Positions 9,153-17,956 of a stretch of 28,867 nucleotides of DNA are shown in pieces. The stretch lies in IMG/VR virus record IMGVR_UViG_3300032335_000575; one strand, written 5' to 3'. Numbering within the stretch: position 1 is the first letter of the stretch; every line of letters starts with the position of its first letter. Position numbers and translations under genes: made by a program. Below the pieces are notes generated by a model that saw only the letters and a program-made list of their open reading frames with translations, was not told where the DNA came from and did no database searches. This stretch comes from an uncultured virus (IMG/VR IMGVR_UViG_3300032335_000575). Its lineage: Duplodnaviria > Heunggongvirae > Uroviricota > Caudoviricetes.

Positions 9153-10100
9153 TTATGCAGCCCAAGGAGTGATTGTAATTGTTGCTGTTGTTGCCACAGA
9201 AGCAGTTGCTGCTGCAGTTGACTGTGTTTTGATTGTTCCGACTGTACCCTTTAGAACTGTGCCAGGTGTAATAGCACCTGAGTTGGCAACAGTAAAGCCT
9301 GTACCTGAAACAATAATTGTGCTTCCTGAACCACCAGTTACAGAGAAAGTACCAACAAGTGCTGCTGGGATACCTGTACCTGCTGTGATGGTGACCTTAG
9401 TACCAACAGGCCATGAAGTTGTTCCACCTGCGATAGTAAGGGTTGCTGAAGTTGTGGTTGTAGCGTTAACCTGTGTAATCTGTGTAGCAGTGTTGGTTGC
9501 GCCAGCTGCTGTAGTGATATTAGCTGTTTCGTAACCAGCGTCCTTAAGCTCATCAAGAGCTACTGCTGTTGTATCACCAAGTACTGAAGGTACGTTGATG
9601 TATCCGATTCCAGCGCCATCAGCTGCTGTTAGAGCAGTTGTTGACTGAACCTTGCCGTACTGGCCTGTGATAAGACCAGCGTTTGCTGCGTTAGTTACTG
9701 TGAAGTCAAGAGCATCTACTGATGCTACTGTTGCTGATGAAAGGTTGTAAGCTGCTGCTGTAAGACCTGTAATGTTTACAACGTCTCCGACTGCAAGGCG
9801 GTTCTGTGAGCGGTAAGTAACAGTTGTGCCATTACCTGAAGCCTCAGTAACAATAAAGTTTCCTGCGCCTGGTGTGTAATTTGGGTATCCTGACCAACCT
9901 GCTTCTGCGTTTGCGTGGTTGTCAAGAGCTGCGTCTAAGCGGTCTGCTGCTACACGGGTGGTAGCTGACCATGAGTAGTCGCCTGTTGAGCCTCCGATGT
10001 TTGCTGGGGTCACTGCCGCAGCACGGTCATCATTTGGCTGCATAGGGAAGTTACCCCATACAAAGTCAACGGCTTGCTGACCTGATGAATCTGTTGCCAT
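9153..10100 (-). CDS. Thr/Ala/Gly-rich probable virion structural protein with a PASTA-like segment
   Basis: Beta-rich composition. VPSVLGDTTAVALDELKDAG resembles a PASTA start. Has its own late promoter. Confidence 0.65.
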   Translation of the reverse strand: MATDSSGQQAVDFVWGNFPMQPNDDRAAAVTPANIGGSTGDYSWSATTRVAADRLDAALDNHANAEAGWSGYPNYTPGAGNFIVTEASGNGTTVTYRSQNRLAVGDVVNITGLTAAAYNLSSATVASVDALDFTVTNAANAGLITGQYGKVQSTTALTAADGAGIGYINVPSVLGDTTAVALDELKDAGYETANITTAAGATNTATQITQVNATTTTSATLTIAGGTTSWPVGTKVTITAGTGIPAALVGTFSVTGGSGSTIIVSGTGFTVANSGAITPGTVLKGTVGTIKTQSTAAATASVATTATITITPWAA

Positions 10101-10159
10101 TAAAAGTACCTATTTTCTCTAGAGTGGTAATTACGCCTGATATCGGGGGCGCAGATACT

Positions 10160-10195
10160 AGTATCTAAGAGTATTTACCAGTTGTCAGGATTAAA
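10160..10195 (-). promoter_or_regulatory. Putative late promoter (TTTAATC-CTGACA-N17-GATACT)
   Basis: Variant of the repeated motif with the same spacing, overlapping the end of the upstream gene. Confidence 0.55.
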
Positions 10196-11203
10196 CCTTT
10201 GGAATTCGTCAGAGGGGTGTGGTGGCATACCTTTTCTGTCAGGGGCTGGTGGCATACCAGCATGATGCTTAGATTTATTAACGTCATGATAGTAAGAGTC
10301 TTGCATTTTCATATATTTTTTATCAATACCAGTTTCATCAAAAAAACGGTCTACAGCTTCAAAAGGCACATCTTCAAGACCAGCTAACAAACGCCCTAAG
10401 TGGTTGGTTGCTTCTATTACATGGTCCCAATACGCTTTTTCCCTAGCGTCTCCCCAAGGACGCCTTATTCTTTTTGTCTCATCTCTTAAGTGGGAATCGT
10501 GATGTTGATGAAACACATCTCTAGCCCCAACTGCGAAAACAACCCAGCCTTTAGCAAAGGTTCTTAATGACTGATTAAACTCTTCTGTACTAAACGCACC
10601 GACGCCATCAACACCTACCTCATCTACCCAAACTTTTGGAGCAAAGATGTACATACAAGTAGTCCAGTAGTGTGTTGCAATTTGAGTAGCTTTTAAAGGC
10701 TCATAACCAGGAAACTCATACCCTGGGGCTATAGTGTCATACTGAACAGAGCGCATACCAAAACGATTACCGTCTTCTAATTCAAAAAGGTCAGTGTTAG
10801 CGCTATCTACAAAATACGACGGTGGGGCGTAGCAAATTAAAGCTTTTTTATCTGGAAAAACTGTTTGAACATACTTATATTTTTCATATCCTTTTTTATC
10901 CCAATCAGGGGTGCCCCTACTGTGAGAGTCAAACTGAACAAAATAGTCGTATTCAAAGTCTACTTGGGTAGCTAAGTTTCTAGCCCAACACAATCCTCCG
11001 TAATACTCAGTGGTTGGAAAATGTCTATATATCAAGTTATCTTTAGGTATAAAAGAAAAATCAAACTCTTGGTCGTCTTCGGATACAAGAGAAAATACTA
11101 TGGAATCTTTATAGTAAGCGTTTTCCCATAATGAGACTACAGTTGGGTAGAACTCTGGGTCTTTATAATTAACTATGCTTACTAGTATCTTCGGCTGAAG
11201 CAT
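10175..11203 (-). CDS. GlcNAc-transferase family glycosyltransferase (GT60-like, Skp1-Hyp GlcNAc-T type)
   Basis: ILVSIVNYKDPE, GLCWARN, YFVQFDSHSR...WD and later EE motifs are typical of the family. Start probably ATG 11203. Confidence 0.78.
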   Translation of the reverse strand: MLQPKILVSIVNYKDPEFYPTVVSLWENAYYKDSIVFSLVSEDDQEFDFSFIPKDNLIYRHFPTTEYYGGLCWARNLATQVDFEYDYFVQFDSHSRGTPDWDKKGYEKYKYVQTVFPDKKALICYAPPSYFVDSANTDLFELEDGNRFGMRSVQYDTIAPGYEFPGYEPLKATQIATHYWTTCMYIFAPKVWVDEVGVDGVGAFSTEEFNQSLRTFAKGWVVFAVGARDVFHQHHDSHLRDETKRIRRPWGDAREKAYWDHVIEATNHLGRLLAGLEDVPFEAVDRFFDETGIDKKYMKMQDSYYHDVNKSKHHAGMPPAPDRKGMPPHPSDEFQRFNPDNW

Positions 11204-11474
11204 CTTCTGACTCCGTGTCTGTTGTGTGCATCCACTTGTATAATGGACAGTATGCATCAGCTAATTTTACTTTTAAGTTCATAATACAACCGCATTTTTT
11301 ACATTGACCTGTAACTTTAATTAATTCTGGGCATGCACGACATATAGATAGGCGTTCGCTAGCAACTTCATCGGTTGTTTTTGGCGCGTTTACTTTTAAA
11401 AGGTCCCACGGTCTAACAGGCTTGGGTAGGTTTCTTCCTTTTTCTGAAGAGTTAAACTTATCTGATATGCTCAT
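11169..11474 (-). CDS. Cys-rich small protein (DUF6171-like)
   Basis: RLSICRAC...CKKCGC...CPLYKW pattern. Confidence 0.7.
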   Translation of the reverse strand: MSISDKFNSSEKGRNLPKPVRPWDLLKVNAPKTTDEVASERLSICRACPELIKVTGQCKKCGCIMNLKVKLADAYCPLYKWMHTTDTESEDASAEDTSKHS

Positions 11475-12202
11475 TTAAAAGACTTCCTTTCCCACATATG
11501 GTCTTTATATGCGCCTGAAAATGTAGAGTTTACCAGGTTTAGCCTATCAATTACGTCTTGAGGTCTATGGTCGACCACCTCGTGTTCCCAAGACTCTCTT
11601 TTAAAAGGTATAGCTTGTGCAATAGGTGTTCCACGTTTAATTATACCTTTAAACCCCTTTTTAATATTAAAAGGCAAAGCACCAGCAGAAGGCATTCCGT
11701 CGGTATCAATAATTCCTGGCATTGTAAAAAATGGCAAATCTAATCTATGAAATGGGTGGGTAAATAGAGTGCTATATCCAGGAGGGGTTACAGCCATCCA
11801 ATAAGGTAACCATCGAAGGTGCTCTTTACAAAAATCATCACCTAATGGGTAATCCCCAACTTGAGAGGGTGTGTGATTTAAAACAAAAGAGTACTGAGGG
11901 TGTCGCCACTTCATCTGTATTTGATTTTCATCAGTAGTGTCAAAATATATATCAGCTGGACATAAAAAATAATACCCAGTTGTAAAAGTGTCAATCATAG
12001 ACATACATTTTTTAGCGGTGGTGTTTAAAAAATGCCCACTGTGAGGGTTAGGGACATTATCATCACCTTTTACAACCTCTTTATAATCAGATTGATAAGG
12101 GGACAGCTTCCTAAACCATTCTGGCATCTCTGTGGATGCTGGTACAGGAGCTGGAGCAAATCCGCCAATTTCATTATCACCTGGGTAAAATTTAATTAGC
12201 AT
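11471..12202 (-). CDS. Conserved phage protein often found with 2OG oxygenases (DUF6065-like)
   Basis: PEWF, KKC..IDTFTTGY, TPPGYSTLFTHP, GIIDTD, GTPIAQAIPFKRE. Confidence 0.65.
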   Translation of the reverse strand: MLIKFYPGDNEIGGFAPAPVPASTEMPEWFRKLSPYQSDYKEVVKGDDNVPNPHSGHFLNTTAKKCMSMIDTFTTGYYFLCPADIYFDTTDENQIQMKWRHPQYSFVLNHTPSQVGDYPLGDDFCKEHLRWLPYWMAVTPPGYSTLFTHPFHRLDLPFFTMPGIIDTDGMPSAGALPFNIKKGFKGIIKRGTPIAQAIPFKRESWEHEVVDHRPQDVIDRLNLVNSTFSGAYKDHMWERKSFK

Positions 12203-12807
12203 TACATACCAGGTTTTCTATTTGCCATAATTGTTGCGTAGTAGTCTTTGCCTTTAGTGTGATACCAATGGTCTGGCTCTACATAATGCAAAAATACCAT
12301 GTCAATTACAGTATTCTCCTTATCTGGAAACGGAGTTCTCCAATGAAGCTGGTCTTCTCCATAAAAACATAGGGCTTCGTTAGGTTTTAATAAATAGTCT
12401 TTATCTTCTACTACTAAAGGCCATTCAGCGTTAGCTGTTAAGCATAAATCAAGGGTATAGGTACAAGCGTTGCTATCTCTATGGTGTACTAGGTTAGCTC
12501 TAGCTCCTTTATAACGAACATAACAAGAATATGTTGGTAAAAGAGTCTCACTCCCAAATATTTCACGTGCTTTAGGCAAACAATGCTCTAAAAGTTGGTC
12601 TGGCATTGCCCCTTCAGTGTTTTTTAACATAAAACGGCCAAACCCTCGGTCATATGACAGCATTTCAGGCGTATACCCATTTAATGTATTAACCGTGCGT
12701 TCAAACAAATCTGGTTCTAGTAAGCCCTTTACAAAAATCGGCTCTTTAACTTCTGGACGAGTTCCCATAAGGGAATCATCAGCAAAATACTCGTAGTCTT
12801 TAGGCAT
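12202..12807 (-). CDS. 2OG-Fe(II) oxygenase
   Basis: HxD (HRD) plus distal H (LHWR), PTYS motif. Start ATG 12807 by TAATG coupling. Confidence 0.78.
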   Translation of the reverse strand: MPKDYEYFADDSLMGTRPEVKEPIFVKGLLEPDLFERTVNTLNGYTPEMLSYDRGFGRFMLKNTEGAMPDQLLEHCLPKAREIFGSETLLPTYSCYVRYKGARANLVHHRDSNACTYTLDLCLTANAEWPLVVEDKDYLLKPNEALCFYGEDQLHWRTPFPDKENTVIDMVFLHYVEPDHWYHTKGKDYYATIMANRKPGM

Positions 12808-13421
12808 TATCTTTGTATATCCTCTTGTAACCAAGAAACTATGGCATATTTAGTGCCGTCTTGTACTGGGTGAGCAATGTGGGAGTAGATGTAGTTAGAT
12901 GGGAAAAAAATCATAGAATTTGCAGGCGGCTTTAGCTTATAATCAAAGTATGGAAATTCTAACTCTCCACCAGTGTATTCATCGTTTACATACCAAACTA
13001 AAGATAAAACTCTTTGATTTCCACCACCAGCGTCGGCATGCATTTTATACTCTTGACCAGTCTGATACTTTAAAACAATAGGCGTAACTGGAACCTGCCC
13101 AGAATTTACATTTGGATACACTTCTCTATACTTAACGTAACAAGTCTCCATATATGACATCATTTTTGCAGCCAGATGCCCTCCAGCATACAACTCTGGG
13201 TTTTCTAATTGAGCCCACTCGGCATTTAAACCAATACTATAGTTGCTTCTATACTCGCTTTTAGATGAACCTGTAGCGTCACTGCCAACTAGTGCTCTTT
13301 TCCACCTAATTACTTTAGATGGTGAGCTAGCAACGTACTCAATTTCTTCAATAAGAGCGTTAAAATCAGGATAAACATTTTCAAACAGTATTATTCCAGG
13401 CGCTACAACTTTTTGTTCCAT
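12807..13421 (-). CDS. Prolyl-4-hydroxylase-like 2OG-Fe(II) oxygenase
   Basis: YKMHAD...RVLSLVWYVNDEYTGGELEF...FFPSN...SHIAHPV..GTKYAIVSW. Confidence 0.88.
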   Translation of the reverse strand: MEQKVVAPGIILFENVYPDFNALIEEIEYVASSPSKVIRWKRALVGSDATGSSKSEYRSNYSIGLNAEWAQLENPELYAGGHLAAKMMSYMETCYVKYREVYPNVNSGQVPVTPIVLKYQTGQEYKMHADAGGGNQRVLSLVWYVNDEYTGGELEFPYFDYKLKPPANSMIFFPSNYIYSHIAHPVQDGTKYAIVSWLQEDIQR

Positions 13422-13432
13422 GTTTTTATCCT

Positions 13433-15169
13433 TTACTTGTTGTGTACTAGTATACCCTCTGCAAAGAACATATCGTAAGGCTCTGTGCTGAGTGTTCTTA
13501 CTGAGAATCGTACATTAGGTTCGTAGTCAATGCTAGTAACTGGTATCCAAGCTTCTAAATCACCGCTAAACAACATGTCACCCTCAACTAATTGAGCGGC
13601 TTTTGTATAGTAGTACCTGCCGTCGGCGGCTTCTTTAGCAATAAATGGGTGTGAGCCAGTGCACTTAATAGTGTTATTAATTGTGTACCTTCCTGTTTCT
13701 TCCCAGGAACGGATGTTAACAATAGTAGTTATGTCTAATTCTTGATAGGTGAGGGTATCAATACTCCAAGTATCGACAATTAAGTCAGCATTTGGGTCAT
13801 CAGGGTCAATTTCTTTAAACTTGGCCGTAATAACCTGGTCGCCAATACTTAATTCAGCAAGTCTCTTATCACCCTTTGGTGTAGGAATCATTGCGTTAAT
13901 GTCTAAGCAGTAATAAGGATAACGAGGTACTGGTGCTAGTGGACGTCCGCCACCAGGTGTTGGCGCTCCAGCGTAATAGTATTGAGGCCAAGGCGCGTAC
14001 GGGCCTGTTACAACAGGAACATTTGGAATTCCTGGTCCAAACGGGGCGGGAGCCATGCCAGGTGAGGGAGTAAAAATTGCAGTTGGGGTAACAGTTGCAG
14101 TTGGGGTAACAGTTGCAGTTGGGGTAACAGTAATACCTGGGCAAATTGAACCAGAAGGGATTACATACCCAAGAGTTATGCAATAAAAACCAGAGGGAGC
14201 AGTCGGGGTAACTGTTGCGGTTGGTGTTACTGTAGGACCGCCCGTAGTTCGACAAGATGTAGGAATATTTTGAGCACATGTGCCAGCGGTTGACGATAAG
14301 CCACTACCAGAGCATGGAACAGAGCTGTCGTAATAATTACCGCTAAACCCGTTGCAACAGCAGTATTGAGCAGGTGGGGTGGTTGTTACACACCCACCAG
14401 AAGTTACAACTCTTGGTAATGGAGTTGTTCCAGCACAAGGGTCCGTTCTATTAATTACTAGGTCGTTTCCACTGCAATATGAGCTTCCAGTATCTTGAGG
14501 ACACGGAGAAACACTAAATGGTTGAGCTACTGGTTCTGGTGGCGGCGCGGGCTGTGTAATAGTAATTGAGTTAGAAGCGTTTGATGGAGAACTTGTTCCA
14601 TTTGCGTTTGTAGCTCTTACTGTAAAAGTATAAGAAAGGTTATTTGTTAGACTACCAATTGTTACGTTAGTACTAGTTGTATTGGTAGTTGCGCCTCCTG
14701 GAGAGGCTGTCACCGTATACCCAGTGATTATAGAACCGCCGTTAGCGCCAGCAGTCCATGAAACTGTAGCTTGACTTCCATTATTTAAATTAGTAGCTGT
14801 TACGTTTAATGGAATATTAGGTTTTGTAGTAGATGTAACTGGACCTCTGCCAGCAGAGTCTAAACCAGCACCGCCGCCGTTACGTGCCTTAATTCTATAG
14901 GTGTACTTTTTACCAGATTTAAGACCAGTAATACTAGCGTTATTTACAACTCCAGTGCTAAATGTAACAGTAGCGTTATCTTCATCAGTAGCAGTAACGT
15001 CGTAGCCAACAATCGCAGACTTACCGTTAAATGTTGGAGTAGTCCAAGTTAAAGACGCCGCTCCATTATCAAAATCCCGATTAGACCCTGTATCTTCAGC
15101 CAGTGAAACTGTTGGAGATGATGGCGGGACCTTTTTTTGGGAATCTACTAACCCAATTATTGCCCGCAT
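13433..15169 (-). CDS. 2xFN3 + Cys/Pro/Thr-rich linker + C-terminal Hint (intein-like) domain protein
   Basis: FN3 motifs (LTW..P..NG...I.GY.V...Y.YRIKARN; VSW...NGGS.ITGY.V...Y.FTVRATN). Hint domain from C421 (CLDINAMI), TGSH block, ending ILVHNK. Confidence 0.85.
   Translation of the reverse strand: MRAIIGLVDSQKKVPPSSPTVSLAEDTGSNRDFDNGAASLTWTTPTFNGKSAIVGYDVTATDEDNATVTFSTGVVNNASITGLKSGKKYTYRIKARNGGGAGLDSAGRGPVTSTTKPNIPLNVTATNLNNGSQATVSWTAGANGGSIITGYTVTASPGGATTNTTSTNVTIGSLTNNLSYTFTVRATNANGTSSPSNASNSITITQPAPPPEPVAQPFSVSPCPQDTGSSYCSGNDLVINRTDPCAGTTPLPRVVTSGGCVTTTPPAQYCCCNGFSGNYYDSSVPCSGSGLSSTAGTCAQNIPTSCRTTGGPTVTPTATVTPTAPSGFYCITLGYVIPSGSICPGITVTPTATVTPTATVTPTAIFTPSPGMAPAPFGPGIPNVPVVTGPYAPWPQYYYAGAPTPGGGRPLAPVPRYPYYCLDINAMIPTPKGDKRLAELSIGDQVITAKFKEIDPDDPNADLIVDTWSIDTLTYQELDITTIVNIRSWEETGRYTINNTIKCTGSHPFIAKEAADGRYYYTKAAQLVEGDMLFSGDLEAWIPVTSIDYEPNVRFSVRTLSTEPYDMFFAEGILVHNK
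14077..14130. repeat. 18-bp tandem repeat x3 encoding TVTPTA
   Basis: TTGCAGTTGGGGTAACAG three times, with further degenerate copies near 14199-14234. Confidence 0.9.
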
Positions 15170-15963
15170 TAAGCACTCAAATCGCCGAGGATTGTCCAGG
15201 TATTACCAGTAAGTTTTAACACAGTTGCAGCGGACCATTGAGCACGTAGCGAGTTTCCTGGAGTAGCACCAATAGTTACAGCACCAGATTCTCCAGCAAA
15301 AGTAACAAGTTGGTTAGCCCCTCTAATAACCGTAAATTGAGAACCATCTGGGAAGTTTCCACCAACTGATGTGCTTAATGGAATAGTAATAGTAATTGCT
15401 GCACCAGTGTTAGTGCACCAAATAACGGTATTTTTGTTTGCAGTTGTTACAGTAAAGCTTGATGAGCGCTGGTCAATAGTCGCATCTTGAGGTATTGCTG
15501 TAACTGAGCCAACAATATTAGAAGCATTAATAGTGCCTGTATAAAGACCAGTTGGAGTAACGGCTGCTTGAACAACACCAATACTGTTTTGCCACTCTTG
15601 AAGGTTTACTGATTGATTTAAAGCACCACGAACAATGACACCTCTGCGTGTTGCTGCTCCAGTATCGATGCGGTTGCTGTTGTCTCCATCAGCTGTCTTG
15701 CGAAGGTATTGTGTGTGTGAGTCGGCAACAATACCGTTTTCAATATTACCTAGACGTGCGCTTAATGTTTCATAAGATGTAGAGGCAGCGTTAAATGTTG
15801 CAGACGGGTTTGCTGCTACAGAAGTTTGCGGGTTAGTTCCAAGAACTGTCTGGACTGCTACAACCTCTTCTTGAAGTGAGTTTGGGTGTGATGCGTCTAC
15901 AGTGTCGGTAATGTTGTACTTAGTATCAAATACTCGTACGGAACCTGGATATGATGCTGCCAT
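15169..15963 (-). CDS. Probable tail-fibre/virion appendage protein
   Basis: N-terminal anchor-like DASHPNSLQEEVVAVQTVLGTNP; C-terminal beta domain ending WTILGDLSA. Start ATG 15963 with RBS GAGAGG. Confidence 0.65.
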   Translation of the reverse strand: MAASYPGSVRVFDTKYNITDTVDASHPNSLQEEVVAVQTVLGTNPQTSVAANPSATFNAASTSYETLSARLGNIENGIVADSHTQYLRKTADGDNSNRIDTGAATRRGVIVRGALNQSVNLQEWQNSIGVVQAAVTPTGLYTGTINASNIVGSVTAIPQDATIDQRSSSFTVTTANKNTVIWCTNTGAAITITIPLSTSVGGNFPDGSQFTVIRGANQLVTFAGESGAVTIGATPGNSLRAQWSAATVLKLTGNTWTILGDLSA

Positions 15964-15980
15964 GGTAGTCCTCTCAAATG

Positions 15981-16139
15981 CTAGTTCTGGCTTTCGCCAT
16001 TTGGTCCGCGGCCTGGTCTGTTCCAAGCTCCTATGCTAGGTTTTTCTTTATCGGTTAAGAATAGCTTTCTTATACCAAATCTGGAATCCCTAATATGCAA
16101 AACTTTCACTTTTGCAGACTTAAACTCTTTATTTCTCAT
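15981..16139 (-). CDS. Small basic protein (52 aa, not in ORF track)
   Basis: MRNKEFKSAKVKVLHIRDSRFG...QN; ATGA overlap with the upstream ORF. Confidence 0.6.
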   Translation of the reverse strand: MRNKEFKSAKVKVLHIRDSRFGIRKLFLTDKEKPSIGAWNRPGRGPNGESQN

Positions 16140-16318
16140 GGATTCCAACGACTCCATTGTAGCGCATGTGTGTCCTTAGGCTTAATTGGAGAAGTAACAA
16201 AAGTCTTTCGGTCACGAAATTGGCGAGGGCTAGAAATAGAAGATTTAATTGAAGACTTGGTTTCTGAAGTGACAGAAGAGGTTATTTTAGCCTTCTGTGA
16301 TTTTCTACTTTTTGCCAT
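16136..16318 (-). CDS. Small basic protein
   Basis: 60 aa, operon-coupled. Confidence 0.55.
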   Translation of the reverse strand: MAKSRKSQKAKITSSVTSETKSSIKSSISSPRQFRDRKTFVTSPIKPKDTHALQWSRWNP

Positions 16319-16679
16319 TTTTTACTCGTGGTCCGTCAAGTTTAGTGAGGTCTACGGCAGGAAGGTGTGCGGTATTTGAGCCAAAACCAAATGGTGTGGC
16401 TTCTGGCTTCTTTTCTTTAAATTTAGCTGGTGGTTTGGAAGCGGCGGGTTTTTTAGCTGGAGCTTTAGCTGGAGCTGCCTTTTTAACTGGAGCTGACTTT
16501 TTACCTTTTGCTTCTGCTCTAGCACGGCTTTTTAATATAGAATTAGTACCAGCTTGTGTAGATTGCATTTTAGGTAGGCCTTTTGAACGGCCAGTCTTAG
16601 CATTTGCAGCTAAGGATTCAATTCCGCCAATAGTGACGTTTTTAGAGCTGACCCTAGAGTTTCGTTTAATCATTCCCAT
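16305..16679 (-). CDS. Lys/Ala-rich protein with histone-H1-like stretch
   Basis: KKAAPAKAPAKKPAA stretch. Confidence 0.65.
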   Translation of the reverse strand: MGMIKRNSRVSSKNVTIGGIESLAANAKTGRSKGLPKMQSTQAGTNSILKSRARAEAKGKKSAPVKKAAPAKAPAKKPAASKPPAKFKEKKPEATPFGFGSNTAHLPAVDLTKLDGPRVKNGKK

Positions 16680-16788
16680 ACTCTGATTGTAGGTGTTTCT
16701 CTTCGCACATTCTGGCTAAATCAGGGACCACATAACGCTTATTACATAAAGCGCAGGTCCAGCGCTTTAAGCGCTCAGCTTCATCCAC
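16666..16788 (-). CDS. 40-aa zinc-finger-like microprotein (not in ORF track)
   Basis: GTG start, MDEAERLKRWTCALCNKRYVVPDLARMCEEKH..., CxxC-x12-CxxxH. Confidence 0.55.
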   Translation of the reverse strand: MDEAERLKRWTCALCNKRYVVPDLARMCEEKHLQSEYGND

Positions 16789-16875
16789 GCTCTGCCCACC
16801 ACCAGCCAAGGAGCGTTACTGTAACTAAAGTTACAAGGAACACCCCTTGGAAGGTAATGTGGGTCAGAAAGTACA

Positions 16876-17424
16876 TTACTTACCGCAGGTTGGGCATTTA
16901 GCCGCTGGTGCGGCTGCTCCTGCTGCTTTGAATTTAGGGCGACCAAAACCTACGATAGAAATCTGAACCTTCTTAGAGTTCTTCTTGTAGGCGCGGAGTT
17001 TCTTAGAAACTTGTCCGCCATTGCGCTGTGAGCCTTTATCATCTGGGCTAGTGTTTCCCTCGATGCACCAAACTGTGCCGTCGCCATTGTCTTTGATAAC
17101 AATGCCTACGTGAGAAATTCTATCGACGCCATCTGAGGGGAAATCAAAATAGGCAATATCTCCAGCATCTGGGTCTGCAATGTCTCCATCAATCCAAGCG
17201 TTAGCTTTCTTAAACGCTGCCGCACCACCTGGTGTGTAAACGGTGTTAGGTACCTTTACACCAGCCTCGTTAGCGCACCAGTTTACGAAAGACCCACACC
17301 ATGGCTGAAAGTTAGCCTTTGTGTAAGCGCCGTACTTGGTTTCATTATCTTTAGGACCTTCAATGGTTCCTAGCTCTGCTGTTGCAACTTCAATGAGTTT
17401 AGCTGCTGTACCTTGGTCTGCCAT
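16876..17424 (-). CDS. CHAP-domain endolysin/amidase
   Basis: QPWCGSFVNW, GDIAYFD, SHVGIV, IEGNT. Confidence 0.88.
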   Translation of the reverse strand: MADQGTAAKLIEVATAELGTIEGPKDNETKYGAYTKANFQPWCGSFVNWCANEAGVKVPNTVYTPGGAAAFKKANAWIDGDIADPDAGDIAYFDFPSDGVDRISHVGIVIKDNGDGTVWCIEGNTSPDDKGSQRNGGQVSKKLRAYKKNSKKVQISIVGFGRPKFKAAGAAAPAAKCPTCGK

Positions 17425-17786
17425 TATCGCTTATCCCAATCTTCATCAACTGGCTGCTCTTCTGGAACTTCGCCATCTGGCTTCTTGCCAGCAGCGATTA
17501 CAATGTCTTGGCCATTTTGCTTAGCTTCAACCTTTAAGTCAGCTTCTGTCTTAGAATTTACGTCAACTGCTGCAAATGCTGCGTTAATTTCTTCTAGGTC
17601 TAGCTTGCCGTCATTCATAAAGCCACGTGCTAGCTTCTCTACGACTGCGGCTACTGCTGTAAGACCAGCTACTGTTACTGCGGTGATAGTGTCAACGCCA
17701 GCGATGGCACCAGCACCAATTACTGAGAGACCGCTAGCAGCAAATGTTGCAACGATTCTCAAAAGGATATTTCCTATGGATTTCAT
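17424..17786 (-). CDS. Holin-like membrane protein
   Basis: Two N-terminal hydrophobic helices and an acidic tail, adjacent to the endolysin. Confidence 0.6.
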   Translation of the reverse strand: MKSIGNILLRIVATFAASGLSVIGAGAIAGVDTITAVTVAGLTAVAAVVEKLARGFMNDGKLDLEEINAAFAAVDVNSKTEADLKVEAKQNGQDIVIAAGKKPDGEVPEEQPVDEDWDKR

Positions 17787-17956
17787 TATTCCTCATCTTT
17801 CGGGTTTCGTAGTGGGTAGGTCACAGCCCAGGCAATCAAAGTTCCAATGATTGCGTAGCCAACGATTGTTTTTGCTGAACCGTCTAGTACCACCCATGCA
17901 ATGAACATGCCAAGCAGTGTCCATAGTTGGTCAATCATGTCTTTAATTATTTTCAA
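17786..17956 (-). CDS. 56-aa two-TM membrane protein (not in ORF track)
   Basis: MKIIKDMIDQLWTLLGMFIAWVVLDGSAKTIVGYAIIGTLIAWAVTYPLRNPKDEE; TTGA and TAATG overlaps with both neighbours. Confidence 0.75.
   Translation of the reverse strand: MKIIKDMIDQLWTLLGMFIAWVVLDGSAKTIVGYAIIGTLIAWAVTYPLRNPKDEE

Noticed and set aside
13436..13909. Classical mobile intein
   Set aside because: No homing endonuclease, no C-extein and no +1 Cys/Ser/Thr.
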